Shown: in pieces, positions 10,276 through 19,959 of the stretch
How positions within the stretch are numbered: the first letter of the stretch is position 1
Layout: each line of letters begins with the position of its first letter
Origin: Candidatus Latescibacterota bacterium
GTDB taxonomy: Bacteria; Krumholzibacteriota; Krumholzibacteriia; WVZY01
Assembly: GCA_963791045.1 (NCBI GenBank)
Contig: CAWBQK010000001.1
Location: 166,250-230,249 of the forward strand
DNA: 64,000 bases
Reading direction: 5' to 3'
The notes under the pieces: model-generated
What the model saw: only the letters and a program-made list of their open reading frames with translations
What the model was told of the DNA's origin: nothing
The model's database searches: none
Translations under genes and position numbers: made by a program

Positions 10276-10520
10276 TAGAGAAGAGACCACCCGGGGCAAT
10301 GGTGTGTCGAAGTGGGAAGTGAAATGCCCCGGATGGCTCTAAGTTGTGTCGTTTCGTCAGGCGCGGGTGGCGCCGATGGGGCCCCCGGAGGCCGCGAGTG
10401 TTCGCGTGCACACGCCGGGGTCGCCATACCTCGTGAATCCACGCTCGCAAAAGCGAGCGGACTTGGGGTAATCGGCGACAGGACCCGCGCCCTTCGGCGA
10501 GGATCCTGTGAATTCACCGG

Positions 10521-13500
10521 TTACTTCAGAAGAATCATTTTCTTCGTCAGTGTCGCCTGGTCGGATCTGAATCGATAGAAGTACACGCCCGATCCTACCG
10601 GGTTGCCCCTCATATCGCGTCCATCCCACATCGTGTCATACAGACCCGGCGCCCTTGTGCCCTCGATAAGGGTGCGAACTCGCGCGCCGGTCACATCGTA
10701 TACAACCAGCGATACGTGCTGGGTTGCGCCCTGCGGCACCACGAACTCGATTCGTGTCGTCGGGTTGAACGGGTTCGGATAGTTCTGGTGGAGCACCGCG
10801 TGCGTTGTTGACACGTGTGGTGATTCATCATCCCCGATACCTGTCGGTTCCGCGAACCCGTAACACCCGTTGCGGTGCGAGTTGGCCCCAACTGTCGGCC
10901 ACGGTGCAAGCGCCGCATTGTACGCGCCGCTCAGATCGAAGGCGTAGATGCTCTGGTCCCAACTGTGGACGATCATATCGATGTCGCCATCCTGGTCGAC
11001 ATCGGTAAGATACGGGGTCGACCGAACGGCATCCTCGGCCTGAACCGGATACCCCGGAACCATGACACCGTTGATGTCCCACGCATAGATAAACCGCGAT
11101 TCGTCACCCAGCACGATGTCCAGCCCGCCGTCGCCATCGACATCAGCAACCGTCAGAGACGACGTGTCGGTGAAGTTGTTGGACAGCGTCTTTGGCCATC
11201 CCGGGTAATCGGAACCGGTATGATCAAAAATCCATATCTTGGTTGACGTTCCATCCCAGGCGTAGAGAACGCTTTCCAGATAGCCGTCATTGTTGAAATC
11301 AGCAATCGCCGGTGACGGCGTAAAGAAGATATCCCTGATCTTGGCGTTTCGCGGCCAGCTGCCCGCGGCCAGCGTTCCGTCGTGGTTAATAAGATGCGCC
11401 TTGCCGACCAGTCCCTTGGTCTGGACCAACAGCTCGATAAAACCGTCGTTGTCGATATCGCCGGCACAGATGCTTCCGCCGGCGTCCGCGCCAAGATAGT
11501 ACGGAAATCCGGGGACCGCGGTGCCGTTGTCGTTGAGCGCCCACACGCTGTCCGCGCGCGTGCCGACAATGATCTCGTCTTTGCCGTCATTATCGAGATC
11601 GCAAACCGTCGGAGTCGCAAAATGGAAGCTCGTTACCGCTGTTCGGAAAAACACGCCGTCGGTCGACGGGTTGTTGTCACCGTCGCGATACTCGGTGCCA
11701 TCGGCATACCACGCATAGATGACACCCTGCGAATCGATGGCGATGACTTCGCAGTCACCGTCCCCGTCGAGATCGCCGGCGGACGGCGCGGCACGGAAAT
11801 CATGTTCGCCGACCTTCGGCCACCCGGGAAGCGCGTCGCCGTTATAATCCACACAGTAAATGTGCGCGATCCCCGTAACGGTCCCAAGATCCGCCGCGAT
11901 AATGTCGAGACCCGGCTTATCGTCCAGGCTGGCGAGTGTTATCGGCGCGGTGAACTCATCACCGTCGGGGGTCAAAACTCCCCAGGTCTGCGGATCGTTG
12001 TCTCCGTCCCTAAGTTCGATTCCGTCGTGATGCCAGGCGTAGATGTACTCGTTGCCACATATGATCTCGAGATCGCCGTCGCCGTCGATATCACCCACCA
12101 CGGGTGAACTCGTGGTGGTCGTCTTCATCTGGATCGGAAATCCGGGCATCTGCGGCGGGTTGGTGCTCGCCGAGAATTCGCCGGATATGACGCTCTCGTT
12201 CCCCGAACCATCTATTGACGTAATCACAAAATAGTACAGCGTGCTCGCGGACAACCCCGTGTCGAGGTAAACCGCGTGGTCGAGCGGGTCAACATTCGCC
12301 AACGTGTAGGGTCCACCCTGTATTTCCGAGTGATACACATTGTAGCGTACGACATCGGGTGTCAGGCTGTGCGGCCACGCAACCTCGAGGCGATCCGGCC
12401 CCAGGCTCGAATCGAACTCGATCGCCAAAGGTGGATCGGGCACTCTCAATTCGACCGTGTCTCTGTACACGCGGCCGAAGAGATCGGTCACCGCGACCTC
12501 GACAAGATTTTCGATACTCGTATTGGTCTCCTCGAGATGGAAGCCCGCCAGGTTCTCGCCCCCGATAATCGAGGAGAGATCCGGATAAACATCCGTCCCG
12601 TCATGTACGGTTACCTGACCGCTCAAGTCGGTCACGACGGCCGTCAGATCCGACGCCGTTCCCGTTCCGTAGTTTTTCAGACCATAGAAGAGGAGGAACT
12701 CCTCGTTGTCTTCGTTGACGCCGTTTCCATTCCCGTAAGGAGGATCGTCGTAGATACGCAACGTCGTGAGCGCCAGGTCGGGCGCGTGGACTTCCCTGCG
12801 GAACATGTCCGCCCATGTGGGACTCCCGTTGTTCTCGATCGAGAGGTCGAACTCTACCGACTGTTCGTCGACGATTGCCGCATCGAACATCACTCGAACC
12901 ACGTCGGAAGCCGTCGCATTGGATCCCGAGCCGATCACGCCAAACGTTGCCGTGCTGTCGAGGACCGTCGCCAGAGCGTCGTCGCAGCGGAACTTTGCCG
13001 TCACGTTGCCCGACGAGGCCCCGCCGGTGTTTGTCAGTTCGAGTGTGAAGTCGATCGTCTCACCGGCATCGATGATGCCGTCGCCATTGCCGAACGTTCC
13101 ACCGCTCTGGTCGTCATCGACCGTGAGCGACGCGAAGTTCACATAGGCGCCGGCGGAGGGATCGACGGTAATCGTGTCCTGGTGGCGGATGAGGTTCAAC
13201 CCGGTCACCACAACGGTGATTTCACCGGGACTCTCCGCCGTAAAATCGAAGACGACGTTGCCGACCGCGTTGGTCGCACCGTACTGGTAATCGTCATTAT
13301 CCTTGGAGAGACAAACAAATGCCGAGTCGACGGGCACGCCGCCCGAAGTGACATTTACAAGAACACTCGACGTGCCGAGACCAACATTCGCCACGTGAAA
13401 CACATCGATGCTCTTCACCTGTGCCGTATAAAGCGGCATTTCCGGATCGGCGAGGAGCGTATAGATATAGTGCGTCCACAGATCGACATTGTCCCCGGCC

Positions 13501-15296
13501 ACGGCAACCGGTGTCCGCGGCAGTCGTGAACGGGCGAAGGTCTCGCCGATATGGACGACGTCATCGTTGAACAAGAGTTCGTAATACTCATTCATATAGT
13601 TGCCGGAAGCATTAGGAAACGCGCTTTCGTTCGACCCAACGACGGATACAGCGCCGCCGTTCGGGTTGGCGAGATAATGCTCGGCAAGACAGAAAAACTC
13701 ATACGCAGCGGCGGTACAGTTCAACATATAGAGGTTGAAATAGCGGCCCCCGTTGGTCAGCACGTCGGCGTCTTCGTTGAGGATACTCGCATTACCCACG
13801 GACATGTTGAACCGGAACCCGTGGCCAACATGGTTGATGTGGTTGATGCCTGTCTCCATCGAGTCGATCGCCGCTTGTTTATTCTCGTTTACCGCGTTTG
13901 CATAGAGCCAGTCGGTCTCATACATCTTTATAATTTCGATCGGTTTACCCTGGAGACTCGTCGCATAGATGAACTCGGCGAAGTCGGCGCCGTTGAGACT
14001 GATCGGATCGGGGTTTTTCCAATCCACCGGAAACAGCACCTCCGCCAGGAACATGTAACGATCCATATAATCGGTAAACAACGGCGTTTCATACGCGATG
14101 ATCTTATCGATCATGAGCGAGACGTCGGCGAGGTCGGACCGCGGTATGCGGCCGTTGTAAACTTCCGCGTAGAGATCGGGGTTATCATAAGGAACAACAC
14201 TGAACCCTTCTCCCCAATATTTGTCGTGGGTGTCGTTCCACGATCCGTCGAGACACCCGAAATACATGTCCGTGGGAAGTTCGGTTCCACCAAGATAGAA
14301 ACGGCTGAGTGCGTATCTCGGCGGCATGATGTCGGTGTCACCGCCAAGAAGAACGTATGTGATTCCCCACTTGGCGTATGCGTCCTGGATAAAGAACCGT
14401 ATCGTCTCGGGGAGATCGACACCGTTGCGCGTATTTGCCTCGATCCACTCCACCGTCCGCACCACCGTCGGCACGCCCTTTATCGTTTTCCAGTCGGCGA
14501 GACGCTGGTACTCGCCCGCCAAAGCGTCGGTCGTCACGATCAAGTAATCGACGGGGCTTCCCTCGAGCGACGGATAGGTCGTCGGCTGAAAGCCACCCTT
14601 CTCCTTCTCCACCGCCACCTCGTCGAACATGTAGCGCCCGTTCATCTCCGGGTTCACCACAAACGCTTCGAGCATCGACTCCACGCTCTTCTGGAAGCCT
14701 TCGCGGAAACGCTCGCGGACCACTGGAGCGTCTTCGGCGGAAGCAAGCGTCGTCGTGATCTCGACTGTCACCTTCTCGGTGAGAACCAGGTCACCCGAAT
14801 CGACACGAACCGGAAAGACGGCAAACGAAGCGATCGCGCGTCCGTGGAGATAGCTTGTACCAAGGTAGCGCCCGAGCGCTTCGGGGAAAACCGTCCCCGC
14901 ATCGGACGCGGCGGCAAGCGGCTCACCCCGGCCCACCGTGCCATCCTCGGCGACCATGGGGCCCGCCTGGGCGATTGCGGCACGGGGGAGCATTGTCAGC
15001 ACGGGACCGTCGGTCGTGAACCGGAACGACTCAACCGTGTCCCCCTGCGGGAGAAGCACACTGATAATACGGTATGGAAGCTCGGGCGATCCTTCTTCCG
15101 CCAACAGATCGTAACCGGCGGCCGAGACCTGAATCGTCGCCACACCGGCGTCGGTCAGGACCGTTACGTAATCTTGCGGCAGTTCCAACGAATAGGTCAG
15201 TTTCTCCGCCTGAACATCGGCGAAAAAACCGAGAAGGATTGAGCTTGCCAGAATTAATACTACAACAGCGGGACACAGCGAAGGCATGCGCGCCAT
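10521..15296 (-). CDS. C25 (gingipain-like) cysteine peptidase with propeptide, FN3, FG-GAP repeats and FlgD/T9SS-like C-terminal domain
   Basis: YLIVT, YVLLGGD, TDMYF, GRIP; His/Cys dyad region NHVGHG...MLNC; LLADPEM; repeated GDIDGDGDLEI motifs; C-terminal QNYPNPFNPTTRIEF...WDGRD...SGVYFY. Confidence 0.92.
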   Translation of the reverse strand: MARMPSLCPAVVVLILASSILLGFFADVQAEKLTYSLELPQDYVTVLTDAGVATIQVSAAGYDLLAEEGSPELPYRIISVLLPQGDTVESFRFTTDGPVLTMLPRAAIAQAGPMVAEDGTVGRGEPLAAASDAGTVFPEALGRYLGTSYLHGRAIASFAVFPVRVDSGDLVLTEKVTVEITTTLASAEDAPVVRERFREGFQKSVESMLEAFVVNPEMNGRYMFDEVAVEKEKGGFQPTTYPSLEGSPVDYLIVTTDALAGEYQRLADWKTIKGVPTVVRTVEWIEANTRNGVDLPETIRFFIQDAYAKWGITYVLLGGDTDIMPPRYALSRFYLGGTELPTDMYFGCLDGSWNDTHDKYWGEGFSVVPYDNPDLYAEVYNGRIPRSDLADVSLMIDKIIAYETPLFTDYMDRYMFLAEVLFPVDWKNPDPISLNGADFAEFIYATSLQGKPIEIIKMYETDWLYANAVNENKQAAIDSMETGINHINHVGHGFRFNMSVGNASILNEDADVLTNGGRYFNLYMLNCTAAAYEFFCLAEHYLANPNGGAVSVVGSNESAFPNASGNYMNEYYELLFNDDVVHIGETFARSRLPRTPVAVAGDNVDLWTHYIYTLLADPEMPLYTAQVKSIDVFHVANVGLGTSSVLVNVTSGGVPVDSAFVCLSKDNDDYQYGATNAVGNVVFDFTAESPGEITVVVTGLNLIRHQDTITVDPSAGAYVNFASLTVDDDQSGGTFGNGDGIIDAGETIDFTLELTNTGGASSGNVTAKFRCDDALATVLDSTATFGVIGSGSNATASDVVRVMFDAAIVDEQSVEFDLSIENNGSPTWADMFRREVHAPDLALTTLRIYDDPPYGNGNGVNEDNEEFLLFYGLKNYGTGTASDLTAVVTDLSGQVTVHDGTDVYPDLSSIIGGENLAGFHLEETNTSIENLVEVAVTDLFGRVYRDTVELRVPDPPLAIEFDSSLGPDRLEVAWPHSLTPDVVRYNVYHSEIQGGPYTLANVDPLDHAVYLDTGLSASTLYYFVITSIDGSGNESVISGEFSASTNPPQMPGFPIQMKTTTTSSPVVGDIDGDGDLEIICGNEYIYAWHHDGIELRDGDNDPQTWGVLTPDGDEFTAPITLASLDDKPGLDIIAADLGTVTGIAHIYCVDYNGDALPGWPKVGEHDFRAAPSAGDLDGDGDCEVIAIDSQGVIYAWYADGTEYRDGDNNPSTDGVFFRTAVTSFHFATPTVCDLDNDGKDEIIVGTRADSVWALNDNGTAVPGFPYYLGADAGGSICAGDIDNDGFIELLVQTKGLVGKAHLINHDGTLAAGSWPRNAKIRDIFFTPSPAIADFNNDGYLESVLYAWDGTSTKIWIFDHTGSDYPGWPKTLSNNFTDTSSLTVADVDGDGGLDIVLGDESRFIYAWDINGVMVPGYPVQAEDAVRSTPYLTDVDQDGDIDMIVHSWDQSIYAFDLSGAYNAALAPWPTVGANSHRNGCYGFAEPTGIGDDESPHVSTTHAVLHQNYPNPFNPTTRIEFVVPQGATQHVSLVVYDVTGARVRTLIEGTRAPGLYDTMWDGRDMRGNPVGSGVYFYRFRSDQATLTKKMILLK

Positions 15297-15529
15297 GGGT
15301 TCCTCCTTGGATCGTCAGACAGCGACCCGAACAGAAAGCGCATCTTCCCGCACGGAACGATATCCGACAATTCTTTTCAGAAAAGGCATTTGATACTGGT
15401 GGACCTAAGATCCCAAGATATTGGCAGAGCTAAACGCCGAATTTACAGCAGTAACAGTAAGGTTGGCTGTGCTCCTTAGAGAGTGCGGAATTAACTGGAT
15501 ACGGTCGACACACCATAACTAGAAGTCGT

Positions 15530-15558
15530 ATTATAGAGGATTTCAGAGCAAAAGTCAA
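15530..15558 (-). promoter_or_regulatory. Putative sigma70 promoter of the C25 gene (leader of about 230 nt)
   Basis: Minus strand TTGACT-N17-TATAAT. Confidence 0.65.
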
Positions 15559-15823
15559 GATAGTACGTTGGGCCGAACCCCGCGATGGCAAAGTCATTTC
15601 ACCGCATTGTCATGCGAAGATCGGCCGATCCTCCACGGACCCTTCCCGACCCCGTTGGACCTGTCAATTTTAGACGGCCGCAACGGACCCCAAACGGGTT
15701 GGTCGTTCTTCTTGATTTCCCACAGTTACTTCACACCAAGATCGAATTCCCGGGTCGATCTGGAGATCGGCGATTTGTCGGGCGAACTCGAATGTGGAAA
15801 CTGGGGGTGGGCGTGTACGCACG

Positions 15824-17619
15824 TTAGTCGAAGCGGTGCCATTCGGCGTCGAAACCGCGGGGCAGGTTGTACATCGCCTTGCCGAGATTGATCTCATCGA
15901 CTGCGGGAAATAGAACCCCGGGGAAGTGGGCACCGACCATGATGTGATCGCCGTCGGTACTGTGGTTGAACCCGAGGGCGTGACCCAACTCGTGGCGGAC
16001 AATAACCTGGAACACTTCCAGGTTGTCCACGGTGTAGATCGTTTTCAACGCGACCCGCCCCTGGATCTGCATCCCGAATTCATCGCGCTTGGTGACGAGG
16101 TAATTCTCGCGGGAATCACCTTCATTGATATAGGTTATGAAGAGTCCCGTGTCGGGTTCCGAGTCGACAAACTCGAATATATCGACGCCAATAAAGCTTT
16201 CCCACTCGTCAAATATGTCTATGACGATCTGCTGGTAGTCGAGGTTGTTTGCCACCATCGGAGGCACATAGACGTAACACGGAGGATTCCACCTTTCGAG
16301 AAGGTTCTTCTCTGCGCCTTCGAGCTCGGTCAACTCTCGATAGTATGCGAGGAAGTTTGGATAATCCGTTGTTACGAGCGGATCATTCGGCAGCATCCAG
16401 AAATCACGAACATCCTTGTCCTGGATGTTGTAGGGAGTAAAGAGAATATCGAAAAACGCTCCAAGTTCCGCGTGGTTCGATTCATCTTCGACATAAATCT
16501 GCGAAAGTCCCGCGGGCAACTCCTCCAGCAAGTACGTTCCATCCGCCCCGGTCGTGGCTACAGACGACACCAACCGAAGGTTGACTCCGGGAATCGGATC
16601 GCCCGTCACGGCGTTGCGCACGGTTCCCCGTATCTTCATTCCGCGGGCCTGGGTCCATGACATCTCCGGGAGCGCCGAGAGGTTTCCAAAGTCGTCGCGC
16701 GCGCGGACCGCTACATAAACGGTCCTGGCCGGCGGCAAACCTTGAAGCGTCATGCGTTGAATCTCACCGGGGAGTGCCGGCCCGGGTTCACCCGTTCGGT
16801 CGCTCGATGAGTTCCAGGAGTGTTCATCCGCAATGGGCATCGGAGACGTTTTGACGATGTAGTGAGACGGAAGACCCGTCATGCTGTCGTCTCCGACGGC
16901 AACCCACTCGATGTCAACCTCTCCGGTCTCCACGCCGGGTTGGATCGAAACGATTTCGACCGCGGCCGGGGGTATGGAATCAGGCTCGGAAGCGACCATG
17001 AGCAACCACTCGTGCGAAACAAAACTTTCGCCATCTGTAACTACCGCACGGATGTTCACGTCGCCCACAAACGATGACGGATACGTGTAACGGCGCGTAA
17101 CCGATACTATCGAATCGCCTATCGTATAAACATAGCTGAGTGATTTGCCTTCGGGTCCATCGCGCTGACTATGAAATCGATGGACGAACCGACAATGATG
17201 GTAACTTCAGGTTCGGGCGGATCCACGCGGACGAATTCAGGGGGAAGGTTTACCGGGATCACCCGAGTGAGGTTCCAGCGGATCTCCGACTGCCCGGCGC
17301 CGTCCGAGACACACCCGCGGATTTCCACATCACCGGGTTCGTGGACGACATAGACCCATTCGGATTCCGTCGCCGCAAGGCTGTCACCAAGCATAAAAGA
17401 GTACTGGAGGTTTTGTTCGTCGGGGTCGATCGCCGTAACCGAAAAATCCAGGGAATCCCCAACCGCCGCATGCAATGTGGGGGACCCGGGAGAATAGCTC
17501 TTGATCACGGGGGGACGCAAATATCTGTCCGGGTCATTGATGTCGCAAGCCACGAACGTCACCATCACAATGACACAGGCAGCCACAATCGTCAGGGGTA
17601 GAATAATAGAGTTTCTCAT
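15824..17619 (-). pseudogene. Lipoprotein with Ig-like/FN3/carboxypeptidase-regulatory-like domains and a C-terminal matrixin-like metzincin; split by a 1-nt frameshift near 17153-17155 (probably an assembly error)
   Basis: ORFs 17119..17619 and 15824..17068 join if one C is added to a CCC run: ...SAMDP/EGKSLSYVYTIGDSIV... then parallels the earlier repeat AIDPDEQNLQYSFMLGDSL. Lipobox FVAC; HELGHALGFNH zinc motif with Met-turn IM. Confidence 0.82.
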
Positions 17620-17763
17620 AAGCAGATCTCGTCAAAACGTACAATTCACGACGCGCGACGAGGTGGGGGGTCCATCTATAAGAAGTTACATTTCAAGACG
17701 GATGGCAAGCAAAAACTCCCCACGGAGACGGCGAACGCCGATCGCCCTCGCACCGCAACGACA

Positions 17764-17796
17764 CGCATAACTTAATTTTAAAAAATAAGTTATGCG
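17764..17796. repeat. AT-rich palindrome, probable protein-binding site
   Basis: CGCATAACTT-N13-AAGTTATGCG, perfect 10-bp arms. Confidence 0.5.
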
Positions 17797-17920
17797 CCAT
17801 TCTGGCTCTGGAGCCGACACGAACGCCGGACGGGACGCCAAAGGCCGCGAACGGCCGAGTGAGCGGTGGAATTGACCGCATCATGCGGGCCGAATCCGCG
17901 GAGTCATGGCCTGGGAAGAA

Positions 17921-18346
17921 TCAGCGGTAGGCGATAATGGCGACGAGCAATCCAAAAATAAACCCAACGGTAACCTCGCCCCAAGTGTGGCCGACGAGTT
18001 CCTTGAGCCGCGAAGTGTTAAGATGGTGCGTGACAAGAAGATCGTCAACGAGCTCGTTCAGGACGCGGGCCTGCTTTCCCACTTCCTGCCTTAGTCCGGT
18101 GGCCTCGAATACCACGTAGAGGCTGAAGATCAGAGCGATGCTGAACACCGCCGAATTCACTCCGCTGTCGACACCAACCCCTATGGTCAACGTCGTCACC
18201 AGCGATGTGTGTGAGCTGGGCATGCCACCGGTGTCGAATACGCGCTCGAGACGAAACTTCCTCGTCCGGTAAAACGCGATCAACACTTTCATGAATTGGG
18301 CAAGTAGTCCGCTTGCCAGCGATGCGATACCGATCATGTGAAGCAT
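17921..18346 (-). CDS. Divergent PAP2 family (DUF212) membrane protein
   Basis: TGGMPSSHTS, GLRQEVGKQARVLN, LKELVGHTWGEV. Confidence 0.92.
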   Translation of the reverse strand: MLHMIGIASLASGLLAQFMKVLIAFYRTRKFRLERVFDTGGMPSSHTSLVTTLTIGVGVDSGVNSAVFSIALIFSLYVVFEATGLRQEVGKQARVLNELVDDLLVTHHLNTSRLKELVGHTWGEVTVGFIFGLLVAIIAYR

Positions 18347-18456
18347 AACGCATTATCCGTTCGAAAGACCGGCGGTCCTCTCAGGCAAAAATCGAAGAAA
18401 CGGGCCAAAACCCTCCGATTGACATTAGGGGAGCAGGTACTATAAGATAACCGACC

Positions 18457-19608
18457 GTGAAAAAAATCAAGATCAAATCTTCATGTATGACGCATTTTGG
18501 CCGTCTGGACAGCGGGCTGGAAGCGCTGGCCCTCGAAGCGCTTGGGGGTGTAATGGCAGCGGCCGACCCGAAACGGGTCGAGCGGATTTATCTCGCTTCG
18601 TACGCACCGGCCGAACTTTGCGGAATCACCGACCCTTTCAGAAAACTGACCCGGGCGATCCAGGCCGAGTTTCCCGAACTTCGTGCGACCTTCCACGGGG
18701 TTTTCAAGACGGGCGGCGAAGCCCTTTACCACGCGCTGGAAGACACCCACCGTTGCGAGGGACAGACGATCGTTCTCGGTGTCGAGAAGATGGCGCATGT
18801 GCCGCCCTCCGAAACCGCGGGAATACTTTCCAACAGAGAGAATCCTCATGACCGCGCGTACGGCGCGACGCTTCCCGCTCTCGGAGCCCTGGTGACCCAG
18901 TCGTATTTGCGGAAACACGATATCCCCGAACATGCGCTCCATCTTGTCGCCCAAAAAAACCACTTCCATGGTTCAAAAAACCCGAACGCGCATTTTCAGA
19001 AAGCAGTCACCGTAGAGGAAGTGGCCGCGAGCCCTCTTGTCGCCGACCCACTCCGCCGCCTCCACTGTGCTCCCGTCTCCGACGGCGCCGCGGCGGTGCT
19101 TCTCGATCCGGCCGACGGCGATGTCTGGTATCGGGGTTGGGGTAAAGGAACCGACGTTTGTCTCTTTCAGGATCGTGACGACATTTCACGGTTTATGGCC
19201 ACGGCCGAGGCGGCCACGAACGCCTGTGAGATGGCCGCCGTCACTCCGGCGGACATTGATATAGTTGAAATCCACGACGCGTTCACATCATTTGAAATGA
19301 TCAACCTCGAGGAAATGGGTTTCTTCGATTTGGGATCGTCATGGAAAGAACTTGCGCAGGGAGGGTTGATTATCAACTCCCGCCTCGCCGTGAACCCGTC
19401 GGGCGGAATGAAAGCGCGGGGACACCCCATCGGGTGCACCGCCGTTTCGGGCAGTGTTGAACTCCACGAACAGCTCACCGGCAGAGCAGGCTCGAGACAA
19501 CACCATCGCGCCCGGATGGGCATGATCCAGAGTGTCGGCGGCGTTTCAAACGAGAGTTTTGTTTTTGTGGTCGACTCCCTCACACATGCGGAAGGGAGCA
19601 ACCGTTGA
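18457..19608 (+). CDS. Thiolase-fold protein (SCP2/archaeal type) lacking the canonical catalytic cysteines
   Basis: GVEKM, KNHFHGSKNPNAHFQ, PLRRLHCAPVSDGAAAVLL, EIHDAF, VNPSGGMKARGHPIG; the CASG site reads FKTGGEA. Confidence 0.88.
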   Translation: MKKIKIKSSCMTHFGRLDSGLEALALEALGGVMAAADPKRVERIYLASYAPAELCGITDPFRKLTRAIQAEFPELRATFHGVFKTGGEALYHALEDTHRCEGQTIVLGVEKMAHVPPSETAGILSNRENPHDRAYGATLPALGALVTQSYLRKHDIPEHALHLVAQKNHFHGSKNPNAHFQKAVTVEEVAASPLVADPLRRLHCAPVSDGAAAVLLDPADGDVWYRGWGKGTDVCLFQDRDDISRFMATAEAATNACEMAAVTPADIDIVEIHDAFTSFEMINLEEMGFFDLGSSWKELAQGGLIINSRLAVNPSGGMKARGHPIGCTAVSGSVELHEQLTGRAGSRQHHRARMGMIQSVGGVSNESFVFVVDSLTHAEGSNR

Positions 19609-19955
19609 CACGATCCGACGGCGACAAGAATCGGGGATTTACGCCCGAAAGCCTGACACTGTATCGCTGCGAGAACAAGCACGCCTTTTTTTATCCACAC
19701 AGCAAGTGCCCCGTTTGCCGATCGATGCTGGACGAAATCACATGCAAACCTGATGCGACGCTGGTGAGTTACACAACCGTTCGCGTGAGTCCCACCGGCT
19801 CAGTATTCAGGCTCGGCCTCGCAAAGACACCCAACGGGGCAAAAACCCTCTGCATTCTCAACGAGCAACTGGAGGGAGTCGGCGCGGTAACCATCGTCAA
19901 GGACGACGGTCTTTACTATGCACTGCCGAAGACCTCCAAGAACACCGGCCAATAA
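19605..19955 (+). CDS. DUF35-type Zn-ribbon/OB-fold protein
   Basis: YRCENKHAFFYPHSKCPVC ribbon followed by ATLVSYTTVRV; its TTG start overlaps the thiolase TGA stop. Confidence 0.82.
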   Translation: MTRSDGDKNRGFTPESLTLYRCENKHAFFYPHSKCPVCRSMLDEITCKPDATLVSYTTVRVSPTGSVFRLGLAKTPNGAKTLCILNEQLEGVGAVTIVKDDGLYYALPKTSKNTGQ

Positions 19956-19959
19956 TCCG

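Noticed and set aside
12276-15242. 417-aa and 563-aa plus-strand ORFs
   Set aside because: Antisense to the C25 peptidase gene; low-information Arg/Val-rich translations.
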